Origin: Klebsormidium nitens
Taxonomy: Eukaryota; Plantae; Klebsormidiophyceae
Reading direction: 5' to 3'
Length of the DNA stretch: 59,215 nt
NCBI GenBank assembly: GCA_000708835.1
Contig: DF237494.1
Location: forward strand, 1 to 59,215
Part shown: piece after piece, positions 49,586 through 59,215 of the stretch
Layout: each line of letters starts with the position of its first letter
How positions within the stretch are numbered: the stretch's first letter is position 1
Notes under the pieces: model-generated
What the model saw: only the letters and a program-made list of their open reading frames with translations
The model's database searches: none
What the model was told of the DNA's origin: nothing
Translations under genes and position numbers: made by a program

Positions 49586-51628
49586 TTAGAAGGCTTGAAT
49601 GAGAATGATAGCTGGAACTGCAATCAGAGCAATGATGGCAATGGTCACAGGCATATGCCTGCCACGGGTAAAAGTACTGCCAACATCGCCAGCGGCGGTG
49701 GAGTGCTGGTATGCAATCCATATGCTGCAAGCCAACAACAAACACACGTTAAACCTCCTGAACATTGGATTACGCTGTAAAAATCAATAAAGGGCAATTA
49801 TGACTAGACTGGATGGATGCCAAGGAACAGCAAGCCAGTCGATTAGTCTCCACTGACTGTTCCAAAGACGAGATCAGAAGAACCCTAAAAATATGAAAGA
49901 AAAGTACTTACCCGATGAGCAGGCAGACAATTTGGGCGAAGACACTGGACCTGCATTCAAGAGAGGAGAAGAATCAGCTTGGGTGCACGCAACCAGGAAA
50001 GGGAGTCTTTTCGAAATTCTTTCCAGAGGCTAACAAGAATGTTGGCACGTCCCCATCTATATGTCAAATGGTTACTATGATACTTCAAAGATTGCAAACT
50101 CTTGACCACCTCAGTTGAGTCGGTACTTGGCAATCTGAGCAAGCTCTTCTTCTTCTTATACTTAGTCGATAAAAAGGGGAAATCAAAACTTAGAGGAATC
50201 TAGCAGCGATGCCTTGGATGCTCATGACACCAGGTAAGCCAACCAAGCCAACCAATTCGATTACTTGCCTGAGTCCAACCACATGGCTGGGTGCGGTAAC
50301 ACAAATCAGCAACAGGGCTGCCGGATATTCCAGCTCTCCTGCACATGACAGGGACCGAAAAAGCAGGTAAGTGCTCATGTTCTTTCTCAATAGCCTAGAG
50401 CATGACCCCGAACAAATAAGCACAAGTGACAAATCAGAAAAAAAAAAAGCTGCTCAGTTGCTGATGAAGAAAGCAGGATGATAGGTCGGCGCGTTCTGAT
50501 TGGAAGCTCTCGGAACTTACTTGGAACGTGCTCATGGAAGAACAGGCGAAGGATGACAAGGATGAAGGCCAACCAGTGACCGATCTCTCCCCTGCATAAG
50601 CAAGTCAGAGTGGATTTCAGGGCCCCTTCCCCGACGCATCGCGGCAAACATGGTTGTCGTCTCCGACTTGTACAACCTCTTGGATGACATTCGGCAATTT
50701 GAATTTGGGTTGCACTCTTTTACCAGGAACAGTCCTAAGCGTTGCTCCTATCCTTTTTTGGAAGTGCATAAAGAAGATAGAAAGAAAGCTTGGACTTCTC
50801 CACAGGGCTGCTAAACACAATAGGCGTAACCAAGGGTTTGCTTACCGCAGGAAGCCCATGATTGATCCAGGTAGATTGATGGCAATCACAGGGATCAAAA
50901 GAGCCGTCAGGATGTCTGAGCGCCATTCTGTATGCTCCAGTGCAAGCAGAAACCTGTAAATCCACCAGAGTTCTATATAAAATACCAAGACTATCCTTCA
51001 GGTGACATTGAGAGACAGCAACCTGCACAATCCCTTATCCTGATATCAATTATGTTGACAGGTCCCGGCGTTAACAATTCATTGACCTCTCAACTTCCCC
51101 CTCTTTCAGATGACTCTATGCATGCAGGTTGGGACTTGTCTGATCATACAGGAGCCCAATTGCCGTCTGTCCTGTATTGAAGAATCACAGGAGAAATGCT
51201 GCTGATCCTTTCAGCAGCATTGACAGCTTCAGTTCAGCAACACATCAAGCTTTGACTTTTTGACTCTATGCCTGCAAGCAACACATCAAGCTATGACTTT
51301 TTGACTCTATTGCCTGGACGCAACACATCAAGCTTTGACATTTTGACTCTATTGCCTGCCACGAGAGTCCGAAAGACCAATCCAAAGAGTTCTGAAGCAG
51401 GTGGCCACCAGAGGAAGGGCACCCCTCAAAAACAGCGTTGAAACTAAGAGAGGCTTACGCAGCAGCAATGACCACTATCCACTGGAGGAGCTCCACATTG
51501 ATGTGCAGGTGCCCCTCAACGTAGTTGGCCACATAATATGGCACCTCAGTCGCGTTCATCTCTGTCAGGAAATTGCCAATTGCGCGGGGCAAGGCAATGC
51601 CACCACCGGGGGGATACGCGGTCACCAT
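49586..51628 (-). CDS. COR413: Cold-regulated 413 family membrane protein, ~198 aa, 6 exons
   Basis: Exons 51628-51459, 50953-50846, 50591-50521, 50338-50269, 49950-49912, 49724-49586. LLQWIVVIAAAFLLALEHTEWRSDILTALLIP, RGEIGHWLAFILVILRLFF, ELEYPAALLLICVTAP and IAYQH match the WCOR413 family. Confidence 0.92.
51237..51360. repeat. Three tandem 41-42-bp units in COR413 intron 1
   Basis: gcaacacatcaagct(t/a)tgac(t/a)ttttgactctat(t)gcctg at 51237, 51278 and 51320. Confidence 0.95.
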
Positions 51629-52195
51629 GCTGAAGAGTAGCGGTTGCTGCGAAGACTCAGGGCGGGTGCCTGCTACTCGCTGTTTCCGAGTTCTTTCAAA
51701 GAAAGCGGACACCAAAGGACAAGCTTCTCCTCTCCAAGATGAGTGTGCTGCTCGTGTCGCCTGCGTGTTGCTGGGCCGGTAGCTAACCTCCTGCCGCTAG
51801 CTTCCTGCTGCAGGCTGCAGCGCCTGCTGGACCAGTACTGGCACCAGCAGTAGGCCCTGCATGCACTTTTTGGAGCTAGAGATCAATGATGAGGTGGCAC
51901 CAAACAATAAGAACGTGCCACGTGTATGGATATTGCCAACTGGCACTGCCTGGCCTGCGTTAATGGTTGACTCATAGAAGCACGTGATGGTGTCGGGATG
52001 GTAACGGATACATGTAGCCGACGGCGACAATGGCATGCCGCATTCACGATTCAATATCTCCATACGACAAGCTGATACGGTACTATTGCTAATACTACTA
52101 TCAATGTGATACTGTAGAGCTGGCAAATCCTTCGCCAGCAATGGAGGTGGCAAATGGCGGTTGTTCGAGTTGCTAATTACGCTCTTGAGACCATC

Positions 52196-54983
52196 ATGGC
52201 AACTCAACTGCGAATGTACGCCTCTTCAGGATCTCTTTTTTGGCAAAATTCCCCTTCCTCTTTTGCCGGTGGATCCACAGGCCAAATTCGTCGGCCTGTG
52301 CGGTGGCTACCACCAGAGTTGCAGGTCCGCATTTGGGGAAGTTGGCATGACTGTGCCTGGGCCGCCAACCAGCTTAGAACCTTCTCGACCTCATTGCTGA
52401 CCCCTAGCGAATGTTACAGTGATAGGAGCTGGGTCAGTGCCACCATCCGACCAGAATGCAGTTTGACAAAAAGCCATACGCATCTCGCTGGAGGGTGCTT
52501 GCATTTGCATGGCCTCCGTCTGTCAGCATTTCCCGCTGTACAAGAGACAAGCGCTGATGTGCGGGGCACAAGACGCAGTTTTCTGTGCAGCGCTCAATCA
52601 GATAATGCAGACACTTCAGATCGCCTGCCTGTTGGCTTAGTCCTGCCAAGCGCTGAGCCAGTACGGGAGCCAGTGACGCTGCCGCAAGTAACAGAAGGTG
52701 GGTTCACCGCCACCTGCGGAATTTCAGTCGGTGATATGGTCTGCAATTAAGATCACAGTGGGCAGAAGACTCTGGTACTTTTGGCATTTTGGCAATTGGT
52801 ACAAGCCACCAATCGATTGAAACCTGTGCTGAGCTTACAGTCAGAACACTGCGGCTGCCTACTTTCAAATATTTCCCAGTTGGAAACCGTTAAGACCGTG
52901 TCTGACCAACACTGTATGCCGTGTGCCCATACGTGATAAGAAGTGACCTGCAGAAGTCAGTGAGACCGAAGGTGTACGCACTTCAGTATTGGCTGCTGCA
53001 ACTGAGGATGTCGCCGCTTGTTCAGACTACCACCACCTCAATCTGGCCCTGCAGACATGGTACAGCTCTCATTTGCACGGAGCGGCGGAGCCGGCGGCCA
53101 GAATGTCAACAAAGGTGAGCTGGGCTGCTCCACTTGCTAGAAGGAGCTGTTCTGTGCACCACCCCTACAGAGGGGCAGGGGCACCTCCGAATGCTGGCTT
53201 GGCCTTCTCCCTGCGCAACGTCACTGCTTTCGAAAACATTCCGACTTTCTACACAAACTGTCCATTTGCCGTTATTGTTGCGTCCAAGGCCTGCAGATGC
53301 TTGAATTCGCATCTTAAAGTCCCTCAGTGTATCTGCCCTGACCCTGGGTTGCGCTTGGGTGCCCAGTGAATACGAAGGTGGACATGCGCTTCAACGTGCT
53401 GGAGGCGGAGTGGTTGCCGGACTGGGTCAAGGAGAAGCTGCTGGAGATGGAGGCCAATCGGATCAACAACGACGGGGAGCTGGTCGTCACGTCCACACGC
53501 ACGCGCACACAAAAGTGAGGAGATCTTCAGCACTTGTTGGACGATTGCTGGCCGTCGGCTTTGATTGTACCTTCGAATTTGAAGTGGGCCCCCTAGGAAA
53601 GTTCCCTATCTCTAGGTTCTGTGGCTTTTATCTGGTACGACAGGTCTAAATGGATTGGTTCTACTTAAAAGCACTTTGATCATGGACGGTTGGAATGTAA
53701 ATCTAGGCCTGAGAATGTTCATCTTGGCCAGTGCAGTCTACAACATTGCAGGGGTGACAGTTTGCAGGTCGTGTGTTCATAGGGCCATTTAACGTTGGAA
53801 GAAGCTTTTGTGTGAGGGTGGGACGCTTCCCCTTGTCAAATAGCGGCATACAAGCAATAAGGTCCAAAATTTGGTCACAATAAACGGTGTTCGAGTGTCA
53901 AAATACCTCGCCGGACTCCTTGGAGCCTCGAGCGCTACCATAAGGTGTTAACAGGTTGCTAGGAATTTTGAATCGGTTCAGTCGATTACTCTGTTGTACG
54001 TAAGAAGTCCCTTTTTGACGAGCCAAGAGGCTGCTTTGTAGGGCTGTGACTCAAAAGCAGTTCGCCCGATTCACTGCTCCTCTCCTGTCCTACTCCATGA
54101 GCCCCTTTTCTTGATGCCGTCTGCCTTCACATGCTGTTGTCGCTATTTGGCTGATGAGATTGATTGATCCGTCTGCTTCTAGTATTGACACCCGACTCGT
54201 CTTCCCGTCCAGGGGTAACATCGAGGACGCTCTTGAAAAACTGAATGTAAGCGCCCGATCGAACTCATATCCGCTTTGTTGTTCCGTCTCCTGCAATGAC
54301 GTCGAGCTTTCCTTGCGCTCTTGTCCTCCTAGACGCGCCGCCTGACATGTGGACTTCGTGCCCAGAATCTTGGAAGACTAATGTTGAGTCGAATCAGAGG
54401 CGTTCATCTTGCTTCAAAGACATGAGTGCGGATTATCGTATCTGGGTCAATCAGGTTCCCATGTTTCTCTTCCGATGCCAACGTTCATCCGATTTGGTCC
54501 ATGTACTGAAGGCTTCCTGTCTCTTGGAGTGACAGGCCATTCTGCAGAAGGCGTCTTACGTGCCGCCGCCTCCCTCGGCAGACAAGATAAAACGGATAAA
54601 GAAGCTGTGAGCATCCCTAACTCAAGCGCAGCGTTCTCGATCTGCTTCCGAGATGTCTGCCCACTTTTCGAGCTTCAGACTTAGCTTCATCCGCCACATC
54701 CTGCAACTTGTTTTGTACGAAGTAAGCAGACTTGACCTGCTTTTGGATGCTCCCTACCGTTTTCGGTGTTAATGTGCACCTGCTCGCTCCTGCTGTCCTG
54801 TTTTGGACGCAGACGCTGCCCAAGTGTATGCGCCGACATTCAAGTTGGGACCGGTTGGGCCCCCTGACGGCTGCCTTCGTCTGATGCAGGGCAAAGGCTG
54901 CAAACGAAAAACGACTAGACATCAAAAAGAAGCAGTCGTCTAAAAAGGCTGATAGGAGAAACAAGGGCAAATGGGACGATTGA
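52196..54983 (+). CDS. ICT1: Organellar peptidyl-tRNA hydrolase / ribosome rescue factor, ICT1(mL62)/ArfB-like, ~300 aa
   Basis: Exons 52196-52697 (5' part uncertain), 53055-53114, 53367-53514, 54213-54246, 54536-54606, 54890-54983. FARSGGAGGQNVNKVNTKVDMRFN (GGQ at 53093-53101), NRINNDGELVVTSTRTRTQKGNIEDALEKL, ASYVPPPPS, and a basic C-terminal tail. Confidence 0.92.
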
Positions 54984-56385
54984 TTAGTATGTGATTGCGG
55001 TTCTTATGTCTATCATCTAGTCAACTCATCGGAAGATCGTATGCATTGAAAGGGGAGCCCACACGAGGGACGGGAAACCGTAACAAGAATACGTTTGCGG
55101 ACACTGCGGATCGCGTTTAGGAAGGATGTGGTAGCTCCTCAATCTGCAAAGGTTTGCTGGGAAAAAGCGTTGGGCATCGTTAGCTGGACAGAGTGTGAAC
55201 CGTTGGACATCTCTCGCTACAGCCCATGGGCTGGTAAACAACCCTGCCGAGTTAACCATTGACCGGGACATCAGCTCCGCGTTTGCGCCAGCTGAACATA
55301 CGGTAGAGTTATCAAATTCGACACTGGGACGTTATTCAAACAGAAGCAGGCTTTTTATGGCTGAACTGCCAGGCTGCGGCGGACAAGAAAAGAATATTGA
55401 GTCTACGGTATTGCAATTCGGACGCGGTTCTCGTTTGCGATCCTCGCCACGAAGGCCTAACCAAAGCAGGATGTCAGAACGGTTGGGTAAGTTTGATCCT
55501 CCGAGGCTCGGCGCAATCATCGGGTCGGACATCATCTCACTCATTTGTCCGGTGGCGGCCCCCTCAGAAATTCGTGCTCGGGTGCATTTGTCGGACTTTA
55601 CCGTTGATAGGGGCCGGCGGCAACAGTTCTGGCGAGTGACGGATACTGACCGGATCCTCCAACAATTGCAGGGCCGCATGGACTCGCTACGTGAGTGACG
55701 GCGGCTCATGCATCAACGATTTCCATGCGCAGCAGAGATTACCATGATCATTTTGGCGAACAGATTGTCTAGGATGTAAATCAGGTTCGCTCGTGTTCAG
55801 CCGATTCTCGCCATGGAGTGCGCGACCGCGCCGGCCGTGATCGGTGTCTTAAATGGGTTTTAATGCTTATATAAGTGCCGTTCGTGTTTTTGCAAGCGTC
55901 GGAAGGAGCCGCGGTACGCCTAGCCTGGTGCGTGGCAAGAGTCGTGACTGGCAATTGCGTGGCGCATGTGGCGTATGGTTACATGCATATGTGATGAATC
56001 AGACCGCCAGATTTCAGGATAGCTAGAAAGACATTTATCGCATGGGACGCACTGAGGGTCCTGGAACCTGGCGTCTGGCAGCTGGCATTGTGTGCGTTCC
56101 GTTTGCTGCATGACGTCACATGCGTCGACCGGCATTTCACATTAAGCCCGCGGCGTCGATCAGTTGGACGTCCATTGTGCAAGTTGGATATAGTATGTGT
56201 CTGAAACACGTGTAAGTACACCCCCTACCAGCGTTTATGTGTGCATACGCCGGTGTTACAATTCATTATCTTCGCGGCCTCTGCGACCATGGATGCGCTT
56301 GCGCAGTTGACTGAAGGTTCACGAGGCCCTCACATGCGAGAATCCCTCGGAAACACCAGAAGGATTCCTGGGCCTCCCAGACTCA

Positions 56386-58955
56386 TTAGATGACTTCAGC
56401 ACCTGGTGGTCTATTTCCGGGGTCCTCCTGCGCTCCTTCAGCGTGAGTTTGGCCCTGTTCGGCAAGTTCGGCTTTCGCAAAGATTGCTTCGACTTTTCTT
56501 CGTTTCTCGGCATCCTCCGTTATGGTCTTCCTGCCCGTTTGTTTTCTGCGGTCTAGCTCCGTCCCATTCCGCATAGGCAGCCCGCTCTTCGCGGCAAGCC
56601 CTTTCACTCGTGCTTTATCAGGTACCCCAAACGCAAACAACACCCGGTCGCGCTCCACATCCGTCGAAAGACCTTCGCGCTCGCTCACTTCAGCCCCAGG
56701 CTCTTTCTGGCGGTCGGCTCGATGGCCTGCTGCTTTAGTGACGACTGACTGCGGCACGACCTCGTCTGCTAACTCTGGTAGCTGTGCGTTGGTTTCCCGA
56801 AGAGCCGGTTCGAAGGCCTCGAAAACCGAGGGCGCTGCGTGATCCTCCGCTAGCACCTGCAACTTTTGCAGGCAAGGGTGAGTAGCCACTCTAGTTTGTC
56901 AAACAACAGGCGTCAGTCTTCTCGTCTTCCGTTTTACGGAATCTTGCAAGCGTCCAGGATGTTTGGCTTGAGCAAATCCTCAACTCGTGCACGTGCCCAT
57001 AAAGAACTGAGCTCCAAATTGGAATCCAGGGGAAGCAACCCGATTGGCCTCGCAAAAGCCTGTTAATTCTGCTCGAGCAAGACGACCCTCGGTTGTTCAA
57101 GAGCAAACAGATGAGTAAAACGACCTCGACCCCGCCCACGACAATGGAATCGCTGCCAACCCTTTTCCAGCACGCCTTATTGTTTTAGACAGGTGATACC
57201 CGGCCCCCCTCTGCTTTAGTCATCCTGGGCATCTGGACGTCGCTTTTCTTGTTCTTAAGCCAACCCTCTGCACGGACTCGGAGTCTGCAAATCTCGAAAG
57301 TGAAACCCAGCGCGGCCATTGCAAAGTGTTCCATAAGAAGAGAGTGTAGCCAGCGCTCACTGGTCTCGAGACTTCGGCAGCGGGACGCGGGCGCGCCAGG
57401 AACGGGTTGGCTGCAGCCGCTGCTGCTGCCCTCTTGCTCCCCACGCGGCTGCCCTCCCCACTCAGCACGGCCGCCTGCTCGTCCCCCTGCACCGCCAGGC
57501 TGCCCCACGGCTCCGCCTTGGCAGACCGGGGGGGACTGGCTGCCGCCACTGCAAGAACGTGGCTGAATCTGAGCAGATAGAAATCATTCGACGATAAAGA
57601 TGTCTGTTCTGTCGGGGATCAGACGTGGTGGCACGAATGCCCAAGGACGGCAGTGAAAAAAGCAAACCTTCAACTTCCTGCCGGGTTCAGAAACTAAGGG
57701 AAAAAAAGCCTTTAAAGACAAAGCAGTATCTTGTTGGTGGACTTGCGGCGTCTTGAGCATGACTAGAATCGGCTCTGAAAATGTTGAGTCATGTCGGACT
57801 CTTGATTACCTTTATGGTCCCGTGATAACTTACTGTGACTGCTTTTGGAAGCAGACGGAAGAGCTCATTTTGTAACTAAAGTAGAGACTCACCTTCCTCC
57901 TGCGTCCGCTTGTGCAGCGACATGAGCGACTTTTGCGCTTGCCGCCGCTCCTTCCCCAGCTTCAGCTTGTCCTGGCGGGGGTCTGCTGGCCGGGCGTTGA
58001 AAGCAGGGGTGGCGACATAGGTGTGCTGGTCCGGCAAGGGGGGGAGCCAGTCAGGGATGTGCGCCTGCGGGGGTGCTTCCCCCTGGTCGCGGAAGGTGGG
58101 GGTGGCGTGACGCGGCCGCTTGCGGATGGGGAAGGAAGGCAGGGCGCGAGGAAAGGGCGTCTCTTCGGCTTCATCAGTGTACAGCATCAGGTCGTCCGAC
58201 TGCGCAGACACAGTATCAGTACAGGGCAGTTCGGAGCAGTATCAGCAGTTGTCGGGCGGTCAAAGATTGTGAGAGGACCACGCAACCTTTGTATCTGGAA
58301 AGAAGAAGAACGATTGACGAACACACTGCTTTCTAACTTCTTGCCCAAAGGTCTATGACTAGGATAAAGTACTTTGTCTATTGAGTCATCTAACAGCCCT
58401 GCAATGAAGTTACGCTCTGCTTGGGTCCTTCACAAAACTGCCAAAGCAAGATCCTTTCAAACCCTTTTTCCATTGCTCCAATGGTGGTACTAAGTAAAGG
58501 TCAATTCTCAATTACTTCATAATTGTGCCACTTCCCCAGAACAATGTGAGTACTCCAAAATGTTAGAAGAGACTGTCATGTCACAACGATTCCTGCTACG
58601 CCAGAATGCTGAATGAAGAGTCGGCGAAGTCCTAATGTCTAAAGCAGCACGCTTGAGATTGAGGAAGAAAACAGTGCAATTCAGCTGAATCAAGTTCTAT
58701 TCCTGGACAATCCGCAGCCTTTCTTACCGAAGTTCCAAGGTCCTCCAGCGCAAGCAAGACATCGTTCAGGTTGCTCTCGAAGCGTCCCGCCAGCTCCGCA
58801 TAGTTGTGGGATGCTCTTCCAATCTCCGAGATGTAGCGCAGCATGATGTCTGACAGCGTGTCTGCTGCCGAACCCTGGATACCCTCAAACGACATGCTCT
58901 CACAGATCTTGGTCACCACTACTCGAGCGACCGCCCGCGCAAAGGGGTCCGCCAT
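56386..58955 (-). CDS. TAF8: TFIID subunit TAF8, ~397 aa, 4 exons
   Basis: Exons 58955-58728, 58199-57893, 57548-57361, 56856-56386. Histone-fold/BTP domain (FARAVARVVVTKIC...ELAGRFESNLNDVLLALEDLG), TAF8_C (HIPDWLPPLPDQHTY), NPFL and SVFEAF plant-type motifs. Confidence 0.93.
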
Positions 58956-59215
58956 TCTTGTGGCAAAGGGTGTGCTGCTGCCAGAAATCTATGCAGCAGA
59001 AGAGGTTGCCTGACCTAGAATGAGCTGTCGTGCATAAGTGCATCAACCACCCGTCATGATGGGGCTAATAGTGAAGAGAAGCTCTACGCACCACCATTGA
59101 TTAAAGTGGCGCCCCACTACCTACTCGGTCTACTGCCACTGGCAGTAAGTTAGACTACTACCGCTTCACGAATTCTAGCTGTGCTTTCTTCTGGGCTTCC
59201 AGCAGGGCAGTCTGA

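Noticed and set aside
51237-51360. CRISPR-like array
   Set aside because: Units are contiguous with no unique spacers, in a eukaryotic intron; an ordinary minisatellite.
55195-55698. 167-aa plus-strand ORF
   Set aside because: Non-ATG start, no codon bias, no recognisable motif; not accepted as a CDS.

Overview
Eukaryotic, gene-dense (about 1 gene per 5 kb), intron-rich nuclear DNA with GC3-rich exons and 100-700 bp introns. Gene content (CAB-domain ferrochelatase, COR413, LEA_2, plant-type ATG14, MATE) and style suggest a streptophyte alga, Klebsormidium-like (inference). I spliced 11 protein genes by hand: a ~2,300-aa CENP-E-like kinesin-7 (+, 37 exons), an orphan coiled-coil protein (-), a MATE transporter (+), a LEA_2/NHL membrane protein (-), ferrochelatase FC2-type (+), NDUFB11 (-), ATG14 (+), RPA2 (-), COR413 (-), an ICT1/ArfB-like peptidyl-tRNA hydrolase (+) and TAF8 (-). 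Four pairs are head-to-head. No prokaryotic systems, CRISPR arrays, rRNA or tRNA were seen, and most short ORFs in the supplied track are exon shadows. The best non-routine signals are: a 443-bp PIF/Harbinger-type MITE (18-bp TIR, TCA TSD) in the RPA2 promoter; next to it a dense cluster of five MSA (AACGGCY) elements with no obvious downstream gene; three GC-AG introns, one exactly separating the ferrochelatase catalytic domain from its CAB domain; a duplicated 3' splice site in the LEA_2 gene; and recurrent CATG-rich or TpA-rich intergenic patches. All protein identities are from recalled family motifs, not database searches.
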